In this document: one piece after another, positions 1 to 13,600 of the stretch
Layout: every line of letters starts with the position of its first letter
How positions within the stretch are numbered: the stretch's first letter is position 1
From: Raillietiella orientalis
Lineage: Eukaryota
Length of the DNA: 64,000 bases
Assembly: GCA_036172245.1 (NCBI GenBank)
Contig: JAYWIR010000017.1
Coordinates: forward strand, 1,302,001 to 1,366,000
Direction: 5' to 3'
The notes under the pieces: model-generated
The model's input: the letters and a program-made list of their open reading frames with translations, nothing else
What the model was told of the DNA's origin: nothing
Database searches by the model: none
Program-made: the position numbers and the translations under genes

Positions 1-1940
1 GAGAATGGGCAGTGGCCGGCAAGGGGGAGCTGGACTACGCGTCCAGACCTCGAAGACACATCCGCTCAACCATCCGGGACTTCCCGACTCCCCAGGATCC
101 ACTGCCGACGGCAGCGCGGTGTCCGTTGCACCCGTAGGATTCTTCCCTCTCCTCTTTGTCTGCCCGCCTCCCGCCCCGCCAGAGGAGTTCGCTCACGATG
201 AGACGCGGAACGGAGACAGGACGACGTCCTCCTGCTGCTCCCTGATGGGCTCGCTGGTCAGCTGGAAAAGAAGGCGCGGTCGCCAAGCACCCAATGAGAA
301 ATGTGGGTCGGCGGTTCCGTCAAGGAAGCTCGCAATCTGGATGATGGACAAGAAAGGCTGCGGCTGGATCTGCTGGCCAAGAGGGATAAAGGAACTTTTC
401 GCGGGATGCGTCCTCTGCGACAACCCTGCACCCTGGTGGAGTCGGATGATGTAGCGACCCGCCGACGACTCGTGCGCGGGGTCACAACCTGTGGTCCAAC
501 GGTGTCACCTCGTGGTGTCACCATCTCCTCCCGCGCGATCACGCTCCTTTCCTTCCGGGAACGGAGAAAGGGAAGGAAGCGAGGCGGTGGGAAAGTGAGG
601 GATCGGAGGAGGAATAGAAGCTGGACTGATACAACGGCGCCATCTTCCTTCCTGAAAGGAGCAGAAGGCGGAGGAAAACGCGGATGCGGACGGAGAGCCA
701 TGCGTTGGACCATCCCGTGGACACCGCCTAGACGTTGGGGTCTGGAGTCAGGGTGCCAGCAGTCTTCCGACCACCCTCCCTCCAGAAGGAGTCTTCTGGT
801 GTGGTCGATGGACTCCATGGAATGTGCCCATTTCTTTCGCTACTCACCTCACGGTGAGTAGCGAAAGAAGGTCTTGGCGTCCCCATCGTATGGTACTGGT
901 GAGGAGGATTCCGGATGCTGCAGCGGCCCACTGTGCTATCTACCGCATCCGTGGCCTACAAGTGTTTGAAGAAGGCGTTGAGATGGCCAGCAGTGCAGGC
1001 CAAATCGCCTCCCACTGAAGGGCAGCGGGACTGTCTTTCTTCAAAGAAGGTTCGGCGGAGATGAGTTCCGCATCTGCTTGTGCTGGAAGAATTCCGATGA
1101 TGACAGCTGCCTCTCCCGAAGAGTGATGAGGTGGAGGAGAAGGGACTGGCTGCGAATGAAGTTCTTCTCTGGTCCAGCTTCTCCGAGCGGACTTGGCTTC
1201 ATGTTCTTCGTTTCTTGATGGTCGAATGTGAGCTCATGGCCTCCCAGAAAAAGATGGCGCGTTCGTGTCATTCACCTTGGTCCTACTGGTCTAAGAGTTC
1301 TCAAAACATGAGATTACCATGGAAGATTCATCTCCAAGAATAGCTCTACAGGCCTGTTTTCCTTTACCACGTCTGTCCTCTCATCTGGCTGTCCATCCGG
1401 ATGGTTCAGTGAGGGTCCCTTGCGCGGTACAAAGAGCAAGACATCCCTCGAGTTCAGATAAAGCTGAAACCAAAGGAACGGGGCTAAGAACTGGCTGAAA
1501 CAAATTTGCCCCTGTTAGAACTCGAGGGAGTGAGGTACGGAAGAATTCAGAAGAGTTGGAAAACTGATACACTCCTGAGGATGAAGTCAAAGCCATCATG
1601 TGACCGTGGGTGAGACTAGCCAGAGGACACCCGCCCGCAACGGCTCGTAAGTGTTTGCTGTCCGAAGAAAATGAAACTGGGAGAGGGAGGTGCGTTTCCT
1701 TCAAGAACGCCATTGGCGCGTGTTTGCGTGGCCACCAACACGAAAACTTCCTGTGCTGGTTGTCGTCGAGGAAGGTGCGAGACGAAAAATCAGCACCACC
1801 GCGAATCGAGGAATGAAATACTAGCAGAGGGACGGCAGTCCCCAGGCAATGTGGCTCGGTGGTCAAACACAGAAGTTCTCTCCTTTCCAGGCGTTCTTTT
1901 CCGTGAAACCTACTGATTCTCCTGCCCCTTCCTCCCAAGA
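1..1940 (-). mobile_element. Decayed retrotransposon ORF1-like region, running off the window edge
   Basis: A GC-rich block with overlapping uninformative ORFs. The minus strand near 890-820 reads YDGDAKTFFRY then GH, resembling the Y.GQ.KTCF.C...GH knuckle of L1/Tx1-like ORF1, and is broken by a local inverted duplication. Confidence 0.4.
832..869. repeat. Perfect 17-bp inverted repeat with 4-nt spacer
   Basis: TTCTTTCGCTACTCACC (832-848), spacer TCAC, then GGTGAGTAGCGAAAGAA (853-869). Confidence 0.95.
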
Positions 1941-2313
1941 AAATCCTTCGGCGTTGACCAGCGGAAACTCTGAGCTGATCTGAGTCTGTATGTTGCTTTA
2001 GAATGTTATTGGAATGCCAATATTTCAGTGGAAAGAGGAAACTCTGGCAAAGTGAAGTGAAGAGTAACTTCAGATTTTTGTTTCAATGAAGAGAATTCGA
2101 GCAGAGCGCACTTTTCATTTACACTTTTTCATTCTTTACCACCTGGGAGTTCGGATCCACCTTTCATGCATGCACTTGCATGCGTGTGTGTATATGTGTG
2201 TAGTTAGCAATCAGTCCAAGACTCTTGGGGGAGGGAGCAGGTGTTTCATCGTGCATATCCATTCTGATCTTTATTAGACTAAATATTTCGAGAAGTGAGA
2301 CATTGGAAGCATC

Positions 2314-3165
2314 CTATTCAGAGAACTTTGTCATCTTCGAATCTCTTTTTTCCTTGCAAGATGCAATTCGCATGGCCTCTATCTGAAAGGAATACAGAAT
2401 CCGTTTAGTCTTGGAGGGTTTCATTCGTTCGTAGACGTGTAGAATCACCTCACAAAGTGAAGCCCCCATCTTCACAGATGCACTCACGATACTGAGCGTG
2501 AAACCGACATTCACATTCGGCCACTTGCATGTGTGCCCCTCTCGTGCAAACCGTCGAGAGTGGAAATCGAAGTAATTAACTAATTAATGTCCCAAGACTA
2601 GCAGCAGGGAAGAACTCAGTGAGCGTTCTGAATGGTCTCACTTTCTTGGGCATTATTTGCAGCGTACGCAGCCAGCAAATGGTTTCTGTTGCTGTTTTTT
2701 TTTCCCCCCTCTCTGGATATCTTATCATCATCAGCGACTACCGAGTGCAGCACGGCGGCCGTCGCGAATAACCGGCGAAATCTCAGAAAGGATGCGATTC
2801 CCCCCTTCCAGCGCGCGGTCGCCTCCATGAATTCGAGTACGGTCTAGTAGGGCGCTCGTGGAAAATGGTTACTAAGACTCATTCTTTGTTCGTAATTCAT
2901 AAATGCAACAGACCACTGCTCCGCATCTCAACCGCCAATCCTTGCTACTGACACTCTCATAAAGTAAAATCCTCTGCGAACGTACCTCGATCATTTGATG
3001 AATGTCCATTAAAGTTTGCAAAGATGCCTTGCAGAAAGAAGGCGCGAAAGCTTCTCTTTTACCCCATCCGGTTGAGAAATTAACCTGGGATTCAGCTGCG
3101 TTCAGGATGCTGAATCCAACTAAGGTCAGAACCAAAAGATGCTGCAGCCTCTCGTTTCGCAGCAT
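2314..3165 (-). CDS. Akh: Adipokinetic hormone / red pigment-concentrating hormone (AKH/RPCH) family preprohormone, 82 aa; complement(join(2314..2382,2986..3165))
   Basis: The ATG at 3165 gives MLRNERLQHLLVLTLVGFSILNAAES (26-aa signal-like segment), QVNFSTGW (3087-3064), GKR (amide donor plus dibasic site) and EAFAPSFCKASLQTLMDIHQMIE. A GTACG donor at 2985 joins a TTTCAG acceptor ending at 2383 (603-nt phase-0 intron), adding IEAMRIASCKEKRDSKMTKFSE*. The CKxS...IxxxIx|xEAxxxxxC layout is typical of AKH precursor-related peptides. A minus-strand AATAAA lies at 2275-2270, and an acceptor at 3203-3202 implies a 5'UTR intron. Confidence 0.95.
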
Positions 3166-4859
3166 GCTGCAACGTATTTCTTGGTGTTTTCGTCGAGCAA
3201 TCTGAAATTCTGGAATCCGTGGGATGAAAACAAGCATCAGCATTGGGCACTCAGCAACTGTGAAAATCTCTCTTCCAAACAAAAAAAAACACACACACAA
3301 ATGAGAACATGAATCAAAATATTATGCGTGAGCAGATGATGAAGATCGGAACCAAAGCGAGGAACATCCTGACTACCAACCCCTCGTATTTCTCCTACCG
3401 CTGCGCAAATTTTTCAATACGTCCGATCGGGTCACACACATGTGCCACGCTCGACAAACAACAGTGTCGAGCACGCGGTAGCTAGAAGAATAAGCAGAGA
3501 GAAGTACAAGGAGTTGAATCTTTTGAAGATCTTGTTTAAAGAGCTCCGTGAGATGCTTTCTAGATTAGGCAGTCGTGCACGTGAAGCCTCTTCACCGGGT
3601 GTCCATGGAGACACTCCATTCATGTAATAGAAAAGACGTGACACATCCCAACGAAGTACACACGCTGAAAAGGAGGGGAGGCAACTCTCTCTCCAGCCCG
3701 ACTTCTGCAAGAAACAGATGATCATGTCTGCAATTCCACTACAACAGGAGCTAGGATACGGCTGCTAGCATGATCCGATGGCACGTTAGCAAAATTCATT
3801 CGATGGCAGACTGATCTAAGCTAATGGCATCTAAAAGTTAGCACAATATTCCGAGCAAACTTCGTGCTCCGTTAGTCACCCGAACGTGACTCCTAACGCT
3901 TCTGGTTCAAAAAAAATATTGGATGTATGTCTGAAATGATTTTTTTTGTCCTTTTTCCAGCCTTCTCCCCAAAATCATATGATGAGGATCGATGGGTTAT
4001 TTGATTTGATGCGCAATATGCAGATCGCTTTTGGAAGATTTGGGTGCATATATGGAGCCTGTGGATTTGCCGGGAGGAAAGCGTTCTTCTAGAGTATGAT
4101 CGCCGTTTGTTGAACGAGCGTAGAAGGAAACCGTCATCAAGGTTCGGCAGTAAATTTCTGCAGACTTCTGGGTTATGCGATGATGAGGATGGTGATAGTT
4201 TCCTGAAACAAGAGGCACACTGCAGAACTATGGGACCATGTTGAAATATTTCATGATTCTTAGATTTTGATTATTGCTTTGATGTATAAGCCAAAAAAAA
4301 ATAAAAAATCATGTCTCATAATTTATCATAAGATCTTCAATGATCACTGATTACTCTATGGGAGGATGGTGCATTGTAATTCTCCCTTCTTGATGATTTG
4401 TTCTTTGTATAGAATGTGTTCCACCTAAGACCGTCTATGAGCCAAGATGATACATTAAAATGATAAATATTATACGAACGGATTGTCATCTTTGCTTCTT
4501 CTGCTAAATGGGTTTCGGTATGCTTTCAGTTTTTAGATGACTTCTCAAAAATTTCTTTGGGGCAAAATCAGACTCCATCATTCTAAGACAAAAACCACCG
4601 TTCTTAGAACCGTTCGAAGAGGAACGGTCCGAAATCTTCCTTTCATCCTGGTGTTTAATATGATGATGAAAAAGTACGCCATGATTTCCTCGTTTGGTTA
4701 TCTCTGGTTAGGACGGCTTTCGGAGGCTGTGCACTTCTTTCCCCATTAAATTCCTAACTAGGAAAAGCTGAGATGTTGAGACCTTGCCTGGGTTCTGAAT
4801 TCTCAAATTCTGAATGAACGGATTTTCAAGTTCCCTCCTTAGGAAACTAAGACTCAAGG

Positions 4860-5330
4860 CTCCTGATTGTAACTTTCAGTGGTGCAGCACTCCACCTAAA
4901 GTTTAATCAGGAGATAACTTCATGGTGTCGGCGGAAAAACTAGCACAAGAAAATCCATCGCTGTAGTATCAGACTGACGATAAAAGCAGCTGGTCACCCT
5001 CTAGCATCTAAAACCTTTCCATAACTTGCTAGTTAACGTCAGACCTTTTCATACTAATGTTTGTCCCCCTCCAGGAGTTGAATTCGACTCCCTTAAGACT
5101 TGCATCCTCTTTCATTTTCCTCTTCATGTTCACGGTACCGACTCCTCCATAACTTTCGAAATTTATTTCACCTTTGGTTACCAAAAACATTCGAACATTT
5201 TGCTATGCCTGAAGAATACAGTCCCGTTCACCTCCTCCAGGTATTTTGGTTTTGTTCTCGTAAGATCATCGGAGCTAACACTTTGAGTTCCACGAATTCC
5301 TTATTCTCTGTGTGAAACTTGATGGCCGAC
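4860..5330 (+). mobile_element. Decayed LINE reverse transcriptase fragment
   Basis: Degenerate RT motifs occur in order: YQTDDK (~4966-4983, ~YADD), GVEFDSLKTCILFHF (~5074-5118, ~GL.FNP.KT) and VPFTSSRYFGFVL (~5221-5259, ~KYLG). Confidence 0.5.
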
Positions 5331-5389
5331 GTATACAACAGCGGCGGAACCTCATGCTTTTGTACTGTTGCTTTTCATCTCTAAGAAGG

Positions 5390-5510
5390 TATATATAGAT
5401 ATAGATCTGTATAGAGATAGATAGATATCGTCGCTACATGTGTATATGCATATGAATATATATGTGTATACATATATATTAATGGGTACATATATTATAT
5501 ATATATATAT
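5390..5510. repeat. Imperfect (TA)n/(TAGA)n microsatellite
   Basis: Run of tatatagatatagat...tatgtgtatacatatatat...atatatatat. Confidence 0.85.
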
Positions 5511-7449
5511 CATTTTAACCAAACCCATAGATACATGCATGTGAGTAGTAATGAATACTGCCTCGTTGATATTCCAAAGGAGGAAATTATAATGAAATTT
5601 TGCGAGAATAAGGCAAAAAAAAATATCAAAACCTGCAACCGGGGAGAGAAACAAAAAAAAAAAATTGAGCGAAAGCACTTATCTCTCAAAGCTGAAAACA
5701 ACAGAAAGAAAAAGCTAGCCAATGGTCCATCAGAAACGATCAGAGCCATCATTTTTCGAGCACCCAAAAGTGATCTAAAGGCATAAGGAGTGATCACAGG
5801 AAATTCTGCTCTGAGGTTGATTGATGCAGCAGTAATACACTGGACCCTGCACAACGCGGAGGATACGTGCTGCCTTAAACGAGTCGGATCCGCATTATAC
5901 GAGTCCTATGGGTTGTCCTGGGTAGAAAAAAGAAAAGAAAAAAAGAGTGCTTGCATATTATTAAGCTCAAAGTGAGAAAGGAAGCCTTTTCGAGTTTTGT
6001 TGATATTTGATCAATTCTAACGATTCCACAGTTTTAGCTCTATCTCTACTGCGGTTGAGAAGGTATCTTGGGATGTTTTGCTCACGGAAATTTGAATAAA
6101 GCAGAGTCCCACCTACTGAAATTACGTTTTCATTTCCTTTTTGAAAACATGTGAACCTAAACTAAACTTGCGAAATCGAATTTTATCCGCAGCGTTGCAG
6201 GGGGGCTAATTTACAGAGTTACCAAAATGCAGGGTGTGCAGGGGCCAACTGTATACTTTGAAGGAAATACAAAGAATTCCTTCCTCGTGGTTATCGAAAT
6301 TACCTGCAAACTGCGAAATACTGAAATACGCAAAAAAAAAAAAAAAAAAAAAAATGAAAACTTGAGCTCCAAAGTGATGAAAGAGTGATCAAGCTCTTAA
6401 AGATCCGTCACGCTTCAAAGAAAAAAGAAAAGACCTGCGCAAAAATTCTCTCTGCCCCGTTGAAATGCTCTCACACGTGAGACAAGTCCCAAAAACTTGG
6501 AATTCTAAGCATCAGGTCGGGTTCTAAGTGACTCAGAGGAACAGAAGCGCGTCCGGAATTCTCAGTGTGCTCATCACGAGGACGAAACGGCTGCCTGTAA
6601 CCAAGATATCGCTGAGACGGAACAGAAAAGGCAAAAAAGATCCAGAAGGCAGTTGAGCAGCGAAGATCTGTAGAGATGACCAAAGCAGTGGTGAGCAACA
6701 GAAGTAAATGGAGTGTGTCGAAGAGACGCAGCTTTGATTCAGCAAAGCTCGTTCGTTCTTGCACCGATTTTCTTGTACTTGGAATCTAAATGGCAGGGTG
6801 GAGGATAGATCTAGCGTGATGTTCTGGAAATGATACAGCGGACTGCCCGTGAAAGTAAAATGGCCGAAGAAAGCACAAGCGAGCACCCACAGCCCTTATG
6901 CAATTTGCAGTACAGATTTTCCAAATTCCATCATTTTATCTATTAGATTCATTCAGCATTTCTAGTAGATGCCTTGTCTTAAAGAGGCGTAAAAGTGTAC
7001 CTTGTTTTTTTTGTGTGTGTTTTTTTTTGTAGGCGTAGAAGAAAAAGGGCAAATAAAGACAGAGACCTACTGAAAAAAAGAAATTCATCGGAAATAAGCG
7101 TGCACTCTGACACCATTTTCGTGTTACAGAAACGAAAGCATCTCTTCTGGTTCTGAGGATTCCGAATTTCTTTCTAAAGCTTCCCAATGTAAATGGTTTG
7201 CTTATTTGATGCTCCTGTTCGTTACACGAGTACCTTGTACGAGTCCCTGCATACCTCCAAGGAGGGCCTTGCGGCAGCACGCAGTGGTGCAGGCGACGAA
7301 AATGATCACTCCTTCCAAGACGAGGAAAAGAACAGCTTTTGCACTCGATAAGCAGTGAGGAGCTTTTCTGGAGGAGGTTTCACCAGACCGACTCGGTGTC
7401 TGTGCGGTTTTTTGTGTGTGTGCACGCGCCTGTGTTCTGCGGTCCCTCT

Positions 7450-8900
7450 CGAATCTTGGGATTTTCGGACCACTGGAATTCCTTCTTACGACCTTTATAT
7501 CAAATTGGAAATTGTCCGTCAAATAGAGCTCTGCTAGAAGGATTTCATCGGGCTTTTTTTTTCTTATGCCAATCTGAAAATGATGAAACCGCGACCACAC
7601 AAGAAGATGCTCTCATTACGCCGTTCTCACGAAACTTGCCAGTGCTACATGTTGAAAGGAAGTTCCCTAATGAGCTGATGGTTCTTGTTGGGCTTCTTCT
7701 TCGTAGACTGTCCCTGTACTAAGAATCAGGACAAACTCCTATGCCGAATGTTCAAGAGTCCAGGTCGTGCTAAAATCTTTAGCGTTATCGACTTCGCTTA
7801 ACTTTCAGGTGAAAGATCCAAGAATCTTTCAATTCGACAATCTTTCAAGAATTCAAGAATCTTGAATTACAGTACGTTGTTCACACTTTGAATCTTCTTA
7901 GGAGGGCGCACTGATTGACGTTTCCGAAATTTGTGCATCATGCATTCAAAATGCCTGCACTTTCCATCTACCTTTCTAAATGCCAGCCTAAAGGACGATG
8001 AAGTCAGTGATCTTCAAGAGTCATTACAAATTTAATCTAATGTAGCAGCATGAGGTTACTCTTTTAGGTTTGCATCCTTGCCGGTTACGTTGCTCTCTCT
8101 GCTGCAGTGATCAATAGTACTCTTTCATGCAAGCACGTGACACGAGAAATTCACACGAAAAATTATTAATAGGAGAATTTATTACATCTTTGTCATTATG
8201 TCCGAAGATCGATATGCATTCTCTCATTGTATCTCTCCAGATGGATACATCTGATACTATAAATGATCTGCTTTTCTTTCCTGCCAACTTCAAACAAAAA
8301 AATTCTCCTCGGAGGGAGATTTTTGGACCTTGACACAGCAGACAACAGCGAGCAGACAGTAACGAGCTGTTTATCTCCAAGCTGCAACCTGTAAGTCGGA
8401 CAGCCAGTTCAAAGAACTTCTCATCGAACCAGGAAAGCGGCAGCGAATCAAGATAATTGGTGAGTCCAGTGGTCCATGCTGCAACAGGAAAATTCTTCCA
8501 CCAACGAGAGTGCAGAAATTTCCCCGAGAGCTGGGGATAATAGTTTATGGGTGTTCTACACAAAAAAAGATCTATTGAAGGAATTTACGAACGAGTCTTC
8601 CCAAAAACGAATCTTCAGTAATGCGACATAAAGGGCCGTTTTTGTTCATCGCAATTTCCAAAGTCTTCCCACCATGGGTTCTTTATAATACAGCTCCAGT
8701 CTGCGGATCCGGAGAGAATTCCTTGCGTTTCCCTCCTAATTTTCGTTAGGAGAGCAGCGGCAATACGTTCTGTGGCAGACACGGAGAGTTCGTCGAGCCA
8801 GTGCAAACCGCACTGAGCGCTGCAGCAAGAAGGCGTCACAAGACAGCAGCACGATTTGTACACAAGCACTTGGAAGAAGTATCAAGTTGTGCGTTGCAAG
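7450..8900 (-). mobile_element. Possible highly decayed LINE ORF2 (endonuclease to early RT) remnant
   Basis: Weak motifs occur in order on the minus strand: CRTP (~YRPP), LDSLPLSW, QLGDKQ, IWRDTMRECIS, STGKFRENG (~G..P..W) and WHKKKK..NP. Each alone is unconvincing. Confidence 0.3.
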
Positions 8901-10250
8901 TATATCAAGGTCGACACACGCACACTCCGTGTAAGTGCAGTTCGCGGAAACTTGAGTTGCTTCAGGAAACTTTCACTTTGACCGCCGAAGGAACCATCGC
9001 TAAACAAACGCTAAGTAGATTTTAGAGCTTCAGTAGATTGAGGGATGCGGAAGCAGTCTGCTACTGCGGGGTTCCTGAGGAATCCCAGACCGAACGAAGC
9101 ACGCTACCTCCGGATATAGGATGGATGATCATTCATCCTAAATCAAGCTAACATCATCCTAAAACAGGATGGCATGAAGATCACAAGAAGCACAAAAAAG
9201 CAATAGCACGAGGAGAAGGAACGAAGAACAGGTCGCGGGTGCGAAAAAGTCCATGTACAACGCTGGACGTGGGTGCATGCGAGGTCACTTGACCACCGTG
9301 CACTGCCTGGCTGAAAATCTGCAGTCACGAAACTTTTACTTTTCCCGCAATGGTAGCCTGTTTCGACTTTTGAACTTCCACCTGTACGTCTTTATCACAA
9401 TGTACACTGATTATCGAGTCTTGCAAGACGTGGACAAAGACGTTCTTCGATGTGCTGATGACGGAGAGTCAGCGAATGTTTCAACACATCATCTCCTTAA
9501 GGAGAACCCGGCTTCCTGCAGAGGTTTCACAATGGCGAGCGGCAGTGGGGGTTTCTGCGAGTTCTGATTTCCTTCCGGTGTTTTCGTTGCTACCTCCTCC
9601 GAACCCACTTTTAATGCAAGTAGGACTTCGGCGCGAGTATGCGAACTCTGTGAGAAAAAGCTCTTAGAGTAAGGGGACGAAAAGGAGTCTACGGAAAAGG
9701 AATCCGAGAAAAAGTTTTCCCTGTTCCGTCCAGGAAGGACCTCTTCCTGAAAGAAAGGTTACAGAACCCTCATTGCACATAAAACCAAATTTCGCGCCAC
9801 GGTCTCCAGAATCACAGGAGCAAGCACGCTGCCGTGTGCATTCGTGATGACAAAGGTGGTCAGAACTGGGAAGAGTCAAAATCTCTCCTTGGGTCAGGCT
9901 ATGATCGAGCGCCAACTCACTCCACTGCGTTGATTAGACCGTCCCTGCCTGTTGCTAACACCTTGCCGAGAGATGCATCGAAAGAGGAGACTAAACCTCC
10001 GGAAATGATTCGCCATTCAAATGGCCACCTAGGTACTGCTTTTCTTGCATTCAAAAAAGGAAACACATGGAGCAATGTGAAAGACAAGGACTCACCGCAG
10101 CTGACCAAAAGCTGACACTCAGTAGATGCAGATCACTTCATAGGTAGCAGAAAGAGAGGCCCTTCTTAAATACTATTAGTAAGTGTCAAGCAGACGCAGA
10201 GCACTTTGAGGGTTCCGCGCAGGATTGCCACGCACATAGAGAGGTTCAGT

Positions 10251-10655
10251 TTAGTCTGTTCGATCTTTTGCGCGTTTTTTTTCTCTGTGCCACAGTTTAT
10301 GTGGCTGAGGTCTCATATTCTGAAGTTTCTTGCAAATCAGGGATTGCAAGAAAGCTGAAAACCCGGATGCTGCCGTCTCCATGTTACGTTCCATAGGCCG
10401 TCGTGGCAAAAGCATTTTGCTTGTTCTCTGCTTCTCATTCAGGACAAACATCGAAGATCCTGCCGCGTATCTTAATGACCGTCTAATCACCGCAGCTTCT
10501 CCCCCCACGAAAGCAGAAGCTTTCTCTGATCTCAAGTCCTCATGCGAAAAACCATGGACGATCTTGACATGCACTCCATCATCCACCCTTTCTGATGATG
10601 GTCTAAGTAGACGGTACTCGGTAAAAGCATTAAGCGAATATTCATGCCATTGCAT
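10251..10655 (-). mobile_element. Decayed RTE-like reverse transcriptase core fragment
   Basis: The ORF text PSSERVDDGVH...AFVGGEAAVIRRSLRYAAGSSMFVLNEKQRTSKML resembles RTE RT ...GV.QG...IGG..I.NLRYADDT.L.A.SE..LQ.LL, with the catalytic DD lost. Confidence 0.45.
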
Positions 10656-13600
10656 GATGTTAGCGCTTCATCTTCGGAAAGAGCGACACGGATGGGAAAA
10701 GCATAATGGCGAAAAACGATAGAGGATTTTTCTCTCCCTCTCTCTTAATCAGGGGGACACCCAATCTTTTCTTCCTCCCTGATTGGATGACTCTTTGATA
10801 TGAACTCATCTGAGGTTGCAACCACCATCTACTCCTCATCGTTGTCAACCACTCAATTACTTTGACTACTTAATTCATCTTGAAAGTGAAAGCTGAAAGA
10901 TATTCCTCCACTTAATCAAACGAGCTAGTAGTAGAGGGTGACCAGAGTCCGTTTCAGACACCTTTCTGAATGCCAGCTTCCAGGTGCTCTCGAAGAGCTG
11001 CGTGGTAGAATGAAAGGCACGAGAAACCAGCTTCAGAAACAGGATGGCATTAAACCCTTGATGACTGAAAGAAAAAAAAACGCGGAGCTTTATGGAGCAC
11101 TCTCAGGAAACTTCCAAACCCAAGACGTTTCCAAAGAATCTTCCCGTGGCTACACTCACTGCTACGTATCAGTCGAAGTAACTTTAAATCCAAAAACGCG
11201 TAGATTTTTTTCCGTAACACTGTCGATAAGAATTGCTTATCCCGTAGTTACGCTCTCTGGAGCCGTTGCCAACCGATGGAAGTTCAACAGAAACCCAGTC
11301 CTGCAATCATTTTTTTTTTTGGGGCGGGGCGGGGAGGGGGGATTTGCATTCGCTCCTGCATGTGCGATCCCTTTACTGAACCTTCTTGGCAATATGCTCG
11401 AAAACATTGGAAACTGAGGTCGGGTTCGATGTCAGTGTTTGGCACACGCATCAGCTATCTTCAGTGAGCTTTACTGCCTTTTAACCGGAAGCACTTCCTG
11501 ATGGTCCTACTGTCCTAATTTATGTTTTCAACTGATAATGAGAATGTTCTTTTGGCGTAGGAATTTCACACTTCTGATCGACTCTTCTGCCTAGAACCGC
11601 TCGTTTCCTTACATTTTTTTTTTTGGTCCCCGGAGTCCCACATTCAACGTGTCGCCTTCGATCTTCTGTACGCTTCTTCAACGTCCCTGATGCCTTCCAA
11701 GGAGTGCCCCAAAGATGAAGATTGAAACCTCAGTCTGGAATTAGTGTGCTGATGCACTCATTCGAAGGCACTCCTTTTCCGTCTGCTACCTTTCGGGTTT
11801 CGAGGAAGAAAGATTTGCTTAAAGCTCCTCATGGAGCTCGAGGACTACAACGCATTGCATTCGAGTTGCTCTCTTTACTAGTTTCTCTTCAAAGACGATC
11901 GAGACCAATGATGGATGCTGATTAGTTATCATTATTCGGGCTGTTAAGAACGAGGATACAATCATTCCAGTCGTTTCCGGAACGTCACGCTAATAAAAAA
12001 AAACACACACACACACACACGTTACGGCAGGGTCGTTACTATAGCAGTTGAGATTGGAAAAACAGTGGTCTTCTCATTCACAGAAAATGGGGGAAAGACA
12101 AGAACAAACGTGAACAAATGCGCAGAAAATGAAAAGAAAAAAACAATAGAAAAAAAGGGTCTTTTGCTTGCTTGGACTTTCGGAGCAATGAAAGTTCTAA
12201 AACGAAAAATAAATGCAAATTTTTTACTGCCGTCGTGGAGGACCGACATGTCCTCTGGTACTGAGAGATCAAACGGCCTCCCTGGAGACAACAAGGTGAG
12301 CTGACCCTGGATATGTTAGGGAAATTCCTCAGCATTTCCCAAGGGTATGCATTTCTCAGTTTGGTATTTATGTGTGTGAAAAAAAATAAAATAAAAATGA
12401 AAAACGTACTAGCGAATCATCGCTAAGGAATCATTTCGTAAAGACGATTCCTTGAATGGTGCGCTGAGTTTAAGAGCGGAACATTTTTCGACTTGGACTC
12501 GAATCCGACGAGGATAACAGAAAAGACCATTTTTGTCTCATGTCGTTACTTCACTGGAAATCCTTGGAGCGCGTGAAAGAAAAAGTCGTCAAGATGACAT
12601 TTTAACCAAAGTTCAAAAGCGAAAAAGGACGTTTTGTGGATCACAAGATGGACAAGAAATCACGCGCATACCTAAAACAGTCATCGCTGACATAGAGTAC
12701 ATGCGCCGTTTTTTGTCGAGAGACCTCCAAGTTTGAACTCGAGTAATCTAATCGTGGAAATTGCTGACATGTAATACTCAATGCCAGCAGTTCCAGCTCA
12801 TAATTTTGTATGCACTGGCTCATCTTTTTAAAGAAGCTCACTTGACAAACTCAGCATTCATAATGTGCAGCAGTGCAGAGTTTCAGGCGTGCCATCTGAC
12901 TGCAAAAGTTGCTGGTTAATGGTAGGTGTGTCGTAAATTTCGAGTCTCTCCCTCTCTGGTTGGACAAAGAGTTTGAGCTTGATTCTCATCAAGGAGGAAA
13001 ACAAACGCCCTGCTGAAGTGATCTGCCGGTGGCTGTTAGCCAGAAACCATTCTGATGACCTTTCGCGTACCTCCAAGCCTATGGCGTCTCGAGCGAAGCC
13101 AAACCAGATCTCAGATGCCGAACACACACTCCGTTGTGTCGAGCATCCTGAAAGCTAAGTTGAAAAAGAACGCTGAACTAAAAGTGCACAAGCAAAATGC
13201 ACTTTAACCCATCTTGCGCAGCAGAGAACCAATAAAGCATTCCATATGGATGAGTACTCCATAAAGACATACTAGATGTACAAAACTCACATCAAAGAAA
13301 AGCATGCCATGTTTCCTGCATCTCATAAAGCAACAAGAGAAAGAATAAGAGCCACAGAAAAAAAAAATTGGTACCGCTGAACTGTATCAGTGTCGATGAG
13401 ACTTACATCGCACATTACAAAGCAGGAACTAAGCAGATCGTTGGTTTCCTGGACGAAAGGAGTGAACAAGTCGAACGAAATATTTAAATTATTGTAAAAC
13501 GATGCTACGACAAAATGCACAGAGGAGAGCCAGGTCGGGCAATATCAAATCGATAAGCTGGAAGATAAAGGGAGGTTTGCCAATGATTTGCTGATGGGGA

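Noticed and set aside
5..861. Overlapping 149-186 aa ORFs on both strands
   Set aside because: R/G/S/P-rich with no recognisable domain; expected by-products of GC-rich decayed retroelement sequence.
2872..3300. Single-exon 142-aa ORF as the neuropeptide precursor
   Set aside because: Both ends run into intron sequence. The true CDS starts at 3165 and splices at 2986 to 2382.
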